Assembly (NCBI GenBank): GCA_051011595.1
Contig: JBPCTQ010000377.1
Coordinates: 1-56,548, forward strand
Length of the DNA: 56,548 bases
Direction of reading: 5' to 3'
Source: Acidimicrobiales bacterium
GTDB lineage: Bacteria > Actinomycetota > Acidimicrobiia > Acidimicrobiales > SHLQ01
Position numbers and translations under genes: made by a program. The notes under the pieces were generated by a model. That model did not search any database, had not been told where the DNA came from, and saw only the letters and a program-made list of their open reading frames with translations. Below, in pieces: positions 1-9,074 of this stretch (position 1 is its first letter; each line of letters opens with the position of its first letter).

Positions 1-995
1 GCGTCCTCCTGGATGAAGTGACCGGCATCACCGAAGTCGTGATGGGGTTGGCCGGCCGCACCGGCGATCTGGACGCGGGTGGCGTCGCGGGTCGCCTGGT
101 CGCCGAAGATGGCGTCCTTCAGCCCGAACATCCCCAGTACCGGCCGAGGGAACGCATCGAGCGCGGCGCGTGCCGCCTCGTTGGTGGGGGCATGGCCGAC
201 GGTGTTGATGAGCGACGGGAACATGCGGGTGCCGGCCATGTGGAGGCGGGTCGGGAACGGGGCGTCGTAGGCGGCGATCTCGGCGGGGGTGATGTCGTCT
301 CGCCGGATCGAGCCGCGCATCACGACCGAGGGTCGGTAGTCCTTGCCGACCATCGCGTAGGCGATCCAGTCGGCGAATGCCTCCACGCCGCTGCGTTCGC
401 GACCACCGACCACGAACGGGAAATCGAGATCTTGCGGCTCGAGCGTCGCCGGCTCGGGGAACGGTGCGAAGCCCTCCGGGATGACCGGAAGGTTGCCGTT
501 GGCGACCACCACTCGCGCGAAGCGGTCGGGGTTGTTGCCCACACAGCGGAGCCCGATCAGCGAACCCCAGTCCTGCACGACAGGTGTGATGTCGCGCAGC
601 CCGACCACGTCGAGGAACTCCTCGTTCCATGCCACATGCTGGAGAAACGTGTAGTCACCCAGCTGGACCGGCTTGTCGGACCGGCCGAAGCCGATGTGGT
701 CGGGCGCGATCACCCGCAGTCCAGCGTCGGCCAGGACCGGGATCATGCGGCGGTAGAGGTAGCTCCAGTCGGGTTGACCGTGCAGGAGCAGGACGACCTC
801 GCCGGCGGGATCACCCGTATCGATGTAGTGCATTCGCATCCCATCGACGTCGGCGTAGTTGGGCGACCAACCGAAGCCGGGGAGGTCAGCGAATGCTTCG
901 TCGGGTGTGCGCACGAACGGTCGGCCGTCGGCGGTCCAGTGGATCGGCGCTTCTTCGCCGGTTACGTCTGGGGGCAGGGTCGGGCTCGGCGTCAT
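1..995 (-). CDS. Haloalkane dehalogenase-family alpha/beta hydrolase (3' end runs off the window)
   Basis: Not in the ORF track because its stop is outside the window. Manual translation from ATG 995 gives ...FVRTPDEAFADLPGF...MRMHYID...VLLLHGQPDWSYLYRRMIP...VVQDWGSLIG...AGHFIQED, i.e. oxyanion, nucleophile Asp-Trp and catalytic His motifs. Confidence 0.9.
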   Translation of the reverse strand, partial: MTPSPTLPPDVTGEEAPIHWTADGRPFVRTPDEAFADLPGFGWSPNYADVDGMRMHYIDTGDPAGEVVLLLHGQPDWSYLYRRMIPVLADAGLRVIAPDHIGFGRSDKPVQLGDYTFLQHVAWNEEFLDVVGLRDITPVVQDWGSLIGLRCVGNNPDRFARVVVANGNLPVIPEGFAPFPEPATLEPQDLDFPFVVGGRERSGVEAFADWIAYAMVGKDYRPSVVMRGSIRRDDITPAEIAAYDAPFPTRLHMAGTRMFPSLINTVGHAPTNEAARAALDAFPRPVLGMFGLKDAIFGDQATRDATRVQIAGAAGQPHHDFGDAGHFIQED

Positions 996-1001
996 GGCCG
1001 G

Positions 1002-1043
1002 AGACTACCATCTATTGCCAGTTGTATACGCACTTGCTAGGTT
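1002..1043. promoter_or_regulatory. Divergent sigma70-type promoters overlapping a putative TetR operator
   Basis: Plus strand TTGCCA(1015-1020)-N17-TAGGTT(1038-1043). Minus strand TGn-TAGTCT 6 nt before ATG 995 (leaderless). Motif ATTGCCAGTTGTATACGCACT (1014-1034) recurs at 7999-8019. Confidence 0.7.
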
Positions 1044-1093
1044 GCAGCGGTCGGGCTGGTAAACGCGCCCGCGCTCCATCCAAGGGGGAGAGC

Positions 1094-2503
1094 ATGTTCG
1101 GCCGCAGACCCAAACGACGGCACATGGTGCAGATGGCGACGGTGCTGACGGTTCTCGCCCTCGTCGCCGCGAGCTGTACCAGCGACTCGGACGAGACCGG
1201 AGCGACCGATGATTCGGCCACCACTAGCTCGCAGGCGGCCGAGACGACCACGCCGGTCGTCGAGGGTGAGCCCGACACCGACACCGGCGACGACGCTGGA
1301 AGCCAGGATGCCGAGCCGACCGAGTCCGACGAGCCCGTGGAGCTGACCGCCACCGACACCGGGGTGACCGAGTCGGTGATTCGGGTTGGCGCCGTCATGC
1401 CAGACATCGAGGTCATCGGGCGCGATCCCGGCGATGTGGAGGCGAAGTTCCAGACAATCGCCGATGCGATCAACGCCGAGGGTGGCATCAACGGTCGGAC
1501 CATCGAGCTCACCTTCCGTGCCCCGAACCCGCTCGAGGACGCTGGCTTCGACGCCACCTGCATCGAGCTCACCGAGGACCTCGAAGTGTTCGCCGCCATC
1601 GGGCTCTTCCCTCGGACCAACGCCGATTGTTATGCGGCACGCAACGACACGATCGTCGTGAGCACCTTCGAAATCAGCGCCGATCAGATGGCGACCTACA
1701 CCGCACCGGGCATCACCATCACCGCCCATGGCTCGCGTCTGGTCGACGCCAGGATCGCGGCGCTCATCGACGGTGGTGTCCTCGCCGAGGGCTCGAAAGT
1801 TGCGCTCCATGGCACCGATCAGGCGCGTGACGCTCACGAGCAGTACATCGCGGCGCTCGAGGCCGCCGGCATCGAAGTCGTCGCCGACACCGTCGGGCTG
1901 GAGACTGGCCAGGACCTGCTCGCCCTCGAGGCCGAGATGCAGATCTTCACCGAGGTGTGGCAGTCGAGCGGTGCCGAGGCGGTGATGGCCAGCACGGCGC
2001 TCGGCTCGCAGGCGATCCTGATCGGCTACAACAACTCCGGCATCGATCTGCCCATCCTGCTCCCCGAGGACACCGGCGTGAACCCGTCGCTCATGCAGAC
2101 CGAATTGGGGCTGGATCTCACACCCTTCGAGCTGGCGACGGCACTCGTCGGGGGTGCCGACCAGGCAACCAAATACGAGACCGGCCAGGACGGGGTTCGG
2201 GAGTGCGTGGATGCGTTCGAAACGGCGAGTGGCGAGGAGGTCGCGCTCGACGAGTCTCGCAACAACCTCGGCCCCACCGTCATCGCCTGCCAAGCGTTCG
2301 ACATCTTCACCCAGATCGCGGAGGCGGCCGGCCCCGAGTTGACCACCGAGTCGTACGCCGCGGCCGCCGAGGCATTCGGCCCGATCGAAGTGACCGACCT
2401 GGCCGAGGCATCACTCGCACCCGGCAAGTTCGACCTCGACGACTCGGTCGGGGTGATCGCCGAGTTCAACCCCGAGACCGTTCAGTTCGAGCCGGTGGGG
2501 TGA
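1094..2503 (+). CDS. ABC-type substrate-binding lipoprotein (periplasmic binding protein type 1, LivJ-like)
   Basis: SD AAGGGGGAG before ATG 1094; lipobox LVAASC; acidic linker; GVTESVIRVG and INAEGGINGRTIEL motifs. Confidence 0.8.
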   Translation: MFGRRPKRRHMVQMATVLTVLALVAASCTSDSDETGATDDSATTSSQAAETTTPVVEGEPDTDTGDDAGSQDAEPTESDEPVELTATDTGVTESVIRVGAVMPDIEVIGRDPGDVEAKFQTIADAINAEGGINGRTIELTFRAPNPLEDAGFDATCIELTEDLEVFAAIGLFPRTNADCYAARNDTIVVSTFEISADQMATYTAPGITITAHGSRLVDARIAALIDGGVLAEGSKVALHGTDQARDAHEQYIAALEAAGIEVVADTVGLETGQDLLALEAEMQIFTEVWQSSGAEAVMASTALGSQAILIGYNNSGIDLPILLPEDTGVNPSLMQTELGLDLTPFELATALVGGADQATKYETGQDGVRECVDAFETASGEEVALDESRNNLGPTVIACQAFDIFTQIAEAAGPELTTESYAAAAEAFGPIEVTDLAEASLAPGKFDLDDSVGVIAEFNPETVQFEPVG

Positions 2504-2574
2504 CCGCGGACATCCGCGAGGACGGCCTCGCGTCGGCCTGACGAAACTCCCGGCTCGGCCCGTTCGGGGTCGGG

Positions 2575-3096
2575 CTACTGGTCCTGCTCCAATGCGGCGA
2601 GGATCGGCCCGGGATCGACCTGGGCGTCGGCCAGTCGTCGCAATCGAGCGACGAAGGAGGCGTAGTCCCACATGAGGTCGTCGCCATCGCGCCACCGTCG
2701 CACCTCGATGGGCAGACCGTCGGGCCGCAGCACATGCACCCCGTCCTCGTAGGTCGCGACCACGTGCACCTCGGTGGTGAAGTCGGCGGCGGCGACATCG
2801 TGCACACCGTTGGCCAGGGTGCCGTCGCAGCGCATGTCGTGGATGACACCGCCCGACGTGATGGTGATCCGCTCACCGGCCTGTTCGACCCGCGATACCT
2901 GTCCCTTCACCGGATGGTGGTCGACCAGCTCGCCGCCGACTCGGACCTCGATCACCTGCCAGAGGCCGCGCAGGTCGGGAGCGTCGGGCGGAAGCGGTTC
3001 TGTGCAACCCGACAGAACGGGAGCCGGCCATTCCGTCCACCCGCCGGGTGGAGTGTGGGTGACGGGGATCGAATCGATCGTCGGTGTGGAAGTCAT
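2575..3096 (-). CDS. Hypothetical protein, paralog of 3935-4555 (possible lipocalin/FABP-like barrel)
   Basis: ATG 3096; last gene of operon; PDLRGLW, EQAGERITITSGGVIHDM and DGTLANGV blocks shared with 3935-4555. Confidence 0.75.
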   Translation of the reverse strand: MTSTPTIDSIPVTHTPPGGWTEWPAPVLSGCTEPLPPDAPDLRGLWQVIEVRVGGELVDHHPVKGQVSRVEQAGERITITSGGVIHDMRCDGTLANGVHDVAAADFTTEVHVVATYEDGVHVLRPDGLPIEVRRWRDGDDLMWDYASFVARLRRLADAQVDPGPILAALEQDQ

Positions 3097-3110
3097 TGGC
3101 TGGCGTGCCC

Positions 3111-3932
3111 TCAGACGGTGATGGTGGTGAGGTCGTCGCCGACGATGATCTCGCCGTCGAAGTGCTCGGCGGCCCGGGCGATCCACTCTGGATACTGCTC
3201 GGGTGTGGGCGCGGGCACCATGTGGGTGAGCGCCAGTCGCTTGGCGCCGACACGAGCGGCCGTCTGCGCAGCCTCGACCACACCGGAGTGATAGTCGAGA
3301 ATGTCTTGCATCATCTCGTTGGGGATCGTCTCGACGATGTCGCGGCGGATCACGGTCTGGACGTACACGTCGGCGTCGCGGGCCAGGTCGTCGACTCCGT
3401 CACACGGGATGGTGTCGCCGACCAGCGCGGCCGTGCTGCCGTCGTGGGCCAGCCGGAATCCGATCGTTGGCCGAACCGGTGCGTGTTCGGTGGCGGCCGT
3501 GGTGATGGTGACGTCGTTGACGGTGAAGGGGTCGCCCGGTTCGAGCTCGGTGACCTCGACCTTCGGACCTTCGGTGAGTGGGTCGTGGTGTGCGATGCGA
3601 TAGCCGATGTCTGGTTCGAGCGCATGCAGCTGTCGCTCCACGAACTGGGCCGTGCCCACCGGGCCGTAGATCGGCAGCGTGGCGGTTCCCTGGGTCATCA
3701 CCCAGTGGCTGGTGATCACGTCGTTGAGGGCGCAGACGTGATCGCTGTGCAGGTGGGTGATCAGCACCGCTGCGAGGAACGGCGGCATCGAGCCGCCGCC
3801 GGCCATACGCATCACCACGCCTCGACCGGCATCGACGAGGATGTGGGTGTCGCCCGCTCGCACCAGCGTCGATGGCCCGGCTCGATTGGCGTCAGGTAGG
3901 GGTGATCCCGTTCCGGTCAACACGATGTCCAT
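3111..3932 (-). CDS. RNase Z/AtsA-like MBL-fold metallo-hydrolase
   Basis: LTGTGSPLP, LVDAGRG, THLHSDH, GDT, DYHS and LTHMVP motifs. Confidence 0.85.
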   Translation of the reverse strand: MDIVLTGTGSPLPDANRAGPSTLVRAGDTHILVDAGRGVVMRMAGGGSMPPFLAAVLITHLHSDHVCALNDVITSHWVMTQGTATLPIYGPVGTAQFVERQLHALEPDIGYRIAHHDPLTEGPKVEVTELEPGDPFTVNDVTITTAATEHAPVRPTIGFRLAHDGSTAALVGDTIPCDGVDDLARDADVYVQTVIRRDIVETIPNEMMQDILDYHSGVVEAAQTAARVGAKRLALTHMVPAPTPEQYPEWIARAAEHFDGEIIVGDDLTTITV

Positions 3933-3934
3933 GA

Positions 3935-4555
3935 TCAGTGCTCCTCCTGGCTCGCTTCGGCCGCCGCACGCGTCGCGGGGTGGTCGAGAGGGGGGCTCTC
4001 GAGACGTCGCAGCCGATTGCGGGTGAATCCGTAGCGCCAGACAAGGTCGGCGCCGTCGAGTTGCCGGGTCACCGCCACCACCTTCTTGTCGAATGGGCGG
4101 AGTTTGTGCACGCCGTCCTCGAATGTGGCAGCCACCCGGATGCGGGGGCCGCCGAATCCGGCAATGTCGTCGACGCCGTTCTCGAGGGTGCCGTCGGCGA
4201 ACATGTCGTGCACCAGCCCGCCGATGGTGATGACGATTCGGTTCCCGGCCTGCTCGATCCGCTCGACGTGGCCCCTCATGCGCCCCTCGTAGACCTCCCA
4301 TACCCCACGCAGGTCGGGCACACCGGTGGCCAGTGGCTCGCGGCAGCCCTCGAGCGTGCGAGCCGGCCAGACGTCGAGCGACGCTCCGGGCTCGGTGCCG
4401 TCGAGCGGGATGTCGGCCGTCTTCGACCCCGATCCGTCGAGCTCGGGGCGTTGGTAGTCGATCGGATCGTGCGGGCGTGCGGCCGCGGCAAAGCCGTCGT
4501 TGTCGACGCCTCGGGCGAACGAACCGAGCGCGGTGAGCACCAGCTTCCCCTTCAT
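3935..4555 (-). CDS. Hypothetical protein, paralog of 2575-3096
   Basis: ATG 4555 overlaps the upstream stop (ATGA); PDLRGVW, EQAGNRIVITIGGLVHDM, DGTLENGV. Confidence 0.75.
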   Translation of the reverse strand: MKGKLVLTALGSFARGVDNDGFAAAARPHDPIDYQRPELDGSGSKTADIPLDGTEPGASLDVWPARTLEGCREPLATGVPDLRGVWEVYEGRMRGHVERIEQAGNRIVITIGGLVHDMFADGTLENGVDDIAGFGGPRIRVAATFEDGVHKLRPFDKKVVAVTRQLDGADLVWRYGFTRNRLRRLESPPLDHPATRAAAEASQEEH

Positions 4556-5730
4556 CGGGGCGCCCCCCACACCTCGAGGTGGCCCTGTCGGTGCACCGGA
4601 CGCAACGTGCGCAGGTCGAGCATCGGCTCGAGGTCGGCCGCCCGGAAGAGATCTCGCACCCGAGCCTGCTCGTCGGCCGGGGCGAGGGCCAGATCGTCGT
4701 GGAGCTTCTGCATCAGCCAGAAACGGTACGGCATGACACCGGTGGTGAGCGGCTGACCGCGCCATTCGAAGGTCGCCGCGCCATTCCCGGTGAGACCGCG
4801 GCCTCCCGTCAACCCACGCGCCGCTGCGTTGTCGAGACCGTTGGTGCCGGGCTCGATGTCGGGGTTGTCGGCCAGCCACTCGTTGGCCGCGTCGACATGA
4901 GCGGCGATCTCGGGCAGGTACTCGACGGCGACGTAGCGCAGCATCGCCAGCAGCGTGTCCGGGAGATCGCGATCTTCGACCAGGGCCTCGTCGTGGTCGC
5001 CGTATTCGTGGAGGTACGGCTCGGTGGTGGTCATACGTTCCACCCAGCGGCCGACCCGGGGCGCCCGCTGCTTGATCCGCATCGTCGGCGCCGGATCTCG
5101 GTACAGGTGAGCCCACATGGCGGCGATCAGGCCGTAGTCGCCGATCGTGGGGTGACCACCGAGCAGGTACGGATGGTCGGCCAGGTGGGCCGAGAAGAGG
5201 TCGAGCCATTCGTCGAATGCCGCCTCGATGAGCGGGATACTGTCGGGCGTCACCCCGAAGTTGACCGCGGCCTTGCGCATACGCCCGCTGTTGTGGACGA
5301 ACGCCTCCTCGTCGTGCGAGGCACCCGGCGCCACCAGCGCGAACTCACTGTTGAGGAAGGCCAGGTTCTCCTCGTCGAAGTTCCAGCGATAGTGCATGGC
5401 CGGGCGCAGCAGGCCTTCGCCGCCGAACAACTCGAAGACGTGGCTGATGGCCAGCAGGACCGGCGAGTCGGGGTAGGCGGAGAAGCGACGCAGGTGCTGC
5501 CCCGGACCCTTCTCGAAGTGGGCGATGATCTCGGCGCCGTCCTGCACGGTCTCCCCATCGGGCGTCTCCATGCACGGAATGATCCAGCGCCCGACGGTCG
5601 GAACGACGTGTTGCAGGTAGCGGTCGCTGCCGGGCGACACCTCGACGAAGTCGACACCCTGGGTCCGCAGGTACGAGCGGGCCTTGCCGGTGTACAGCGA
5701 CACCGGCGCCCCATAGAGCGTGTACATCAT
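4552..5730 (-). CDS. Glutathione S-transferase-like protein (extended)
   Basis: N-terminal YTLYGAPVSLYTGKARSYL, IIPC and QDGAEII; C-terminal YLLGGHPTIGDYGL. Confidence 0.8.
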   Translation of the reverse strand: MMYTLYGAPVSLYTGKARSYLRTQGVDFVEVSPGSDRYLQHVVPTVGRWIIPCMETPDGETVQDGAEIIAHFEKGPGQHLRRFSAYPDSPVLLAISHVFELFGGEGLLRPAMHYRWNFDEENLAFLNSEFALVAPGASHDEEAFVHNSGRMRKAAVNFGVTPDSIPLIEAAFDEWLDLFSAHLADHPYLLGGHPTIGDYGLIAAMWAHLYRDPAPTMRIKQRAPRVGRWVERMTTTEPYLHEYGDHDEALVEDRDLPDTLLAMLRYVAVEYLPEIAAHVDAANEWLADNPDIEPGTNGLDNAAARGLTGGRGLTGNGAATFEWRGQPLTTGVMPYRFWLMQKLHDDLALAPADEQARVRDLFRAADLEPMLDLRTLRPVHRQGHLEVWGAPR

Positions 5731-6317
5731 CGGGTTGCCTCGTCGAGCACGGCCCGGGGAAGCGGACCGTGAAAGCCCGAGCCATCACCAAGCACGGCGA
5801 CGGTCGCCGGGTGAGGGATGTGGGTCACCAGGTCTGAAGTGAGCGTGACGGCGATGATCGACCAGCCATCGGGCAACTCTCGATCGACATCTCGCCCGCT
5901 CGCCCAGGCGGGCGTGAGCAGCGTGCCGTCACCCCGATCGATCAACTCGATGGTGCGGCCCGCCCGGTACCGCATGGTGTGGTGTTTGTCGATCGTCATC
6001 ACCGTGATCGGGCCGACCGGGTCGAAGCGCATGGGTCGGGCAACGCGAGCAAACGTGAGGCCGTCGACATCGATGGTGTCGACCGGGCCGTCCTCGGTGG
6101 CGTCGGGCGACCGGTCGAACCAGGCTTCGTCGGCCATGACCGCGGCCACACCGGAGAGTCGAAACCCTTCGGGGAGCACGAGGGCGCGAGCTGCGTCCTT
6201 GTCCACCTCGACTTGGCAGATCCACACGTCGGAGGTGGCGGTGTCCATGATCTCCATGCGGAGCCCGGTTCCGCGGGTCCAGTTGTCGTCCCACGGCGGA
6301 CCGCTGCGCGGATTCAC
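5727..6317 (-). CDS. Hypothetical protein
   Basis: Fills the gap between dehalogenase and GST-like genes with GTGA/ATGA overlaps at both ends; alternative ATG near 6258. Confidence 0.65.
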   Translation of the reverse strand: MNPRSGPPWDDNWTRGTGLRMEIMDTATSDVWICQVEVDKDAARALVLPEGFRLSGVAAVMADEAWFDRSPDATEDGPVDTIDVDGLTFARVARPMRFDPVGPITVMTIDKHHTMRYRAGRTIELIDRGDGTLLTPAWASGRDVDRELPDGWSIIAVTLTSDLVTHIPHPATVAVLGDGSGFHGPLPRAVLDEATR

Positions 6318-7267
6318 GGCGCCGGCCCCAGCCACGCCATCAGCGCATCGGTGTACGTCTCGCCGATGTCTTCCTGCAGGAAGTGGCCCCCGCCCTCGAG
6401 GATCACGTGCGGCTGTCCCTCGGCGCCGGGGATGCGGTCGACGATCGGCTTCCACCCGTCGGGCGCCACCAGGTCCTTGTTGCTGTAGATGGTGAGGACG
6501 GGTTTGGTCCATGTGTCGAGGACCTTCCACGCCTCGTGGTTGGCGGGGTACATCGGGTTGTCGGGCCGGGTGGGCAACAGCTGGGTGAAGGCCCGGCTCC
6601 CGACGGTGAGCGACGGATCGGGGTAGGGCGACCGATAACCGTCGACCACCTCGGCGCTCGGTTCGGTGACCATCACCATCGGAAGCAGCGACCACGGTTC
6701 CCACACCGGGGCCGTTCGAGCCATCTCCTGGAAATCGGCGAGGGGGCCCGCGGCCTCGATCACCTCGGGGAGTGGCTCGTCGACGTCACGGAAGGGGAGG
6801 CCGGTGTTGGAGATGACCATGCGGTTGACCAAACCGGGATTCTCGGCGGCCAGGCGCATGCCGACGATGCCGCCCCAGTCGTGCAGCACGATGTCGACGT
6901 CGGCCAGGCCGAGCTCGTCGACCAGCAGCGAACGCATCCACTCGACATGGCGGTCCACCGTGTAGTCGCTCATCTCCGACGGCTTGTCGGACATCCCCAT
7001 TCCCACCAGGTCGGGAGCGATGGCGCGATAGCCGGCGTCGACCACCGCGCCGATCTGGTGGCGCCAGATGTAGGACCACGACGGGTTGCCGTGAAGGAAC
7101 ACGACCACCGACTCTGCCTCGCGGTTGGCGTCGACCAGATGGATCCGCAGCGAGGCGGAACCGGCACCGTCCCCGTCACTGGAAGCGGGGACCTCGACCC
7201 AGTGGTGTTCGGTGGGGTACCCGGCAAGCCCGTCGATTGCGTCGGCGGGCGAGCGCAGGATCTCCAT
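6314..7267 (-). CDS. Haloalkane dehalogenase-family alpha/beta hydrolase
   Basis: FLHGNPSWSY, APDLVGMGMSDKP, VLHDWGG (nucleophile), SNKDLV (acid), GGGHFLQED (His). Confidence 0.9.
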   Translation of the reverse strand: MEILRSPADAIDGLAGYPTEHHWVEVPASSDGDGAGSASLRIHLVDANREAESVVVFLHGNPSWSYIWRHQIGAVVDAGYRAIAPDLVGMGMSDKPSEMSDYTVDRHVEWMRSLLVDELGLADVDIVLHDWGGIVGMRLAAENPGLVNRMVISNTGLPFRDVDEPLPEVIEAAGPLADFQEMARTAPVWEPWSLLPMVMVTEPSAEVVDGYRSPYPDPSLTVGSRAFTQLLPTRPDNPMYPANHEAWKVLDTWTKPVLTIYSNKDLVAPDGWKPIVDRIPGAEGQPHVILEGGGHFLQEDIGETYTDALMAWLGPAP

Positions 7268-7983
7268 CAGAAGATCACTCGGGTGGGGTCGGTCAACGAT
7301 CGGGCCACGTCGTCGATGGTGGGGTCGGCGATGACGACATAGCGGCTGTCGTCGCGGACGTACTCGCGCCCGGCCAGCTCCTCGGCCGCGGCCGGCGAGA
7401 TGAGGTCGTAGCGGGCTTCGGCGAACGTCCGCTCGTCGCCGATCATGCGATCCTCCACCCAGAAGCGGCCGATCCGGGTCGACTCGACGCCGTCCGCGAT
7501 GTCATCGGCCGATGGGTCACCCATCACCTGTAGCAAAAGCAGCTGGTCGCTCGCGGCGCCGGAGACCCGCGGAGGTGTGGGTTCACCCTCGACCGGGAAC
7601 GAGGCCATGACGATGGTGAAGTCCATCCCGGCCTCCTTGTGCTTTTCGTCCTCCTGGAAGTCGGACTTCGAGCTCATCTCCACCATCGCCATACGGTCGC
7701 GGTACTGGGCGATGGTGATGCGGTCCCACCGCCAGTCGTCACCGACGAGCTGGTGCACGACGGGTGCGGCCAGTACCACGCGCGACCCGACCGCAGCGAG
7801 GTGCTCATGCGGGGCGTACACGTCGTCGGCCTCGACACCGCTGAGCTCGCTCTGTCTTCCGTCGGCGTACTCGGCGCGCGCTCGGTACTTCATGAGGTTG
7901 AGTGCCCACATGGGGCCGCCAGGTTCCTCGCGTTGGAACCACGTCGCGATGTAGTCCTGGTTCAGCTGTCCGTAGCGGGGCAT
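7267..7983 (-). CDS. DUF1330-like (dimeric alpha/beta barrel) protein
   Basis: PMWALNLMKYRARAEYADGR...SGVEADDVY...WDRITIAQY resembles DUF1330-like proteins; TGATG coupling to the next gene. Confidence 0.7.
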   Translation of the reverse strand: MPRYGQLNQDYIATWFQREEPGGPMWALNLMKYRARAEYADGRQSELSGVEADDVYAPHEHLAAVGSRVVLAAPVVHQLVGDDWRWDRITIAQYRDRMAMVEMSSKSDFQEDEKHKEAGMDFTIVMASFPVEGEPTPPRVSGAASDQLLLLQVMGDPSADDIADGVESTRIGRFWVEDRMIGDERTFAEARYDLISPAAAEELAGREYVRDDSRYVVIADPTIDDVARSLTDPTRVIF

Positions 7984-7989
7984 GGCGCC

Positions 7990-8019
7990 ACCCTACTTAG
8001 TGCGTATGTAACTGGCAAT
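7990..8019 (-). promoter_or_regulatory. Leaderless sigma70-type promoter with putative TetR operator
   Basis: Minus strand TTGCCA-N17-TAGGGT-6 nt-ATG(7983); ATTGCCAGTTACATACGCACT matches 1014-1034 at 19/21. Confidence 0.75.
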
Positions 8020-8063
8020 TGTCGTTCGTGCGGCCGAGGACCGGGAGTTTCGGCGTCGGAACC

Positions 8064-8669
8064 TCAGCCCAGCAGTGCCCGCAGGCCGGTCACCAGAACA
8101 TCGTGCGTCTCGGCGACCGACAGTTCGCGGTGCCGACGGAGGTAGTCCACGGATTCGAGCTGGGTCAACAGATCGCCGGCCGAGATCGTGGTGCCGCGTT
8201 CGGACGGCTTGAGCGCGGCGAGCTCGGGTCCGAACTGGAGCTCGAACTGTTCGCGCATGGCGTTGCGGTTCTTGGTGAGCTCACCCCGGATGCGAGGAAG
8301 CCGCGCCGCGTTGGCGAGCGTCGCCCGGAACGCCGGTCCGACCCCGTCGTGGAGCCGGAGCCGCATGGCCGCGAAATCCTCGATGCGGTCGGCCAGCGGC
8401 CCCTGGCCGATGCCATGGAGTCGTGCCAGGTCGGACCCGACCTGGTCGCTGCGGGTGATCACCGCCTCGAGCAACTCCGCCGGATCGGCGAAGTAGCGGT
8501 ACAACGAACGCAACGACAGGCCCGACCGGGTCGCGGCCTGCTCGATGGTCGGGAACATCGCCTCCTCGGCGAACATCTCCAACACCACGTCGAGGACGGA
8601 GTCGATGTTGCGCTGGCGGCGGGCGACGCGGCCGTCGACGGGTTCGGTGATGTCGTCGATCTCGGTCAT
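8064..8669 (-). CDS. TetR/AcrR family transcriptional regulator
   Basis: DGRVARRQRN...PTIEQAATRSGLSLRSLYRYFAD N-terminal HTH. Confidence 0.9.
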   Translation of the reverse strand: MTEIDDITEPVDGRVARRQRNIDSVLDVVLEMFAEEAMFPTIEQAATRSGLSLRSLYRYFADPAELLEAVITRSDQVGSDLARLHGIGQGPLADRIEDFAAMRLRLHDGVGPAFRATLANAARLPRIRGELTKNRNAMREQFELQFGPELAALKPSERGTTISAGDLLTQLESVDYLRRHRELSVAETHDVLVTGLRALLG

Positions 8670-8933
8670 CGCCGACGCAACGTAGCAACTCGTGCGACCA
8701 CCTCAGGGTCCTCCCTCGCCCGACGACTTATGCCCGCCATACTGGCACATGCCGCCCCGTGATCATCGAAGCTGACCTTCAGCGACCGTCCGCTTCGCCC
8801 TGTGCCGGGCACGATCGTGCGGTGCACGGCGACCGGCGCAGCGTCGGTGCGCAACAACCGTGTCCTCCCATGATGCCCAGGGAGATTCCGGGCCACGGGC
8901 CTGAAGATCCGGTGACCACCGGCAACAGCTCAG

Positions 8934-9007
8934 CGCGCTCGGAGGGACTCGAACCCCCAACCTTCTGATCCGTAGTCAGATGCTCTATCCAATTGAGCCA
9001 CGAGCGC
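8934..9007 (-). tRNA. tRNA-Arg(ACG)
   Basis: GCGCTCG acceptor stem, TCTGA-CT-ACG-GA-TCAGA anticodon arm, GGTTCGAGTCC T-loop; CCA not encoded. Confidence 0.97.
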
Positions 9008-9074
9008 GGGGCCGGCGAACCGGCGGTTCAAGTCAACCACCTTCGCCCCGAGATCGAAACCCGGATTGCCGCCT

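Noticed and set aside
18-1040. 340-aa plus-strand ORF, and similar long shadow ORFs (e.g. 25065-27032, 38445-39863, 45785-47734)
   Set aside because: They are antisense to well-supported genes and carry no motifs; long open shadow frames are expected at this GC content.
3111-3932. Assigning the symbol rnz (tRNA-processing RNase Z)
   Set aside because: The fold motifs fit, but the catabolic operon context favours a small-molecule hydrolase; symbol withheld.
8670-8933. Integrase or att remnant at the tRNA-Arg 3' end
   Set aside because: No duplicated tRNA 3' segment and no recombinase motif seen.
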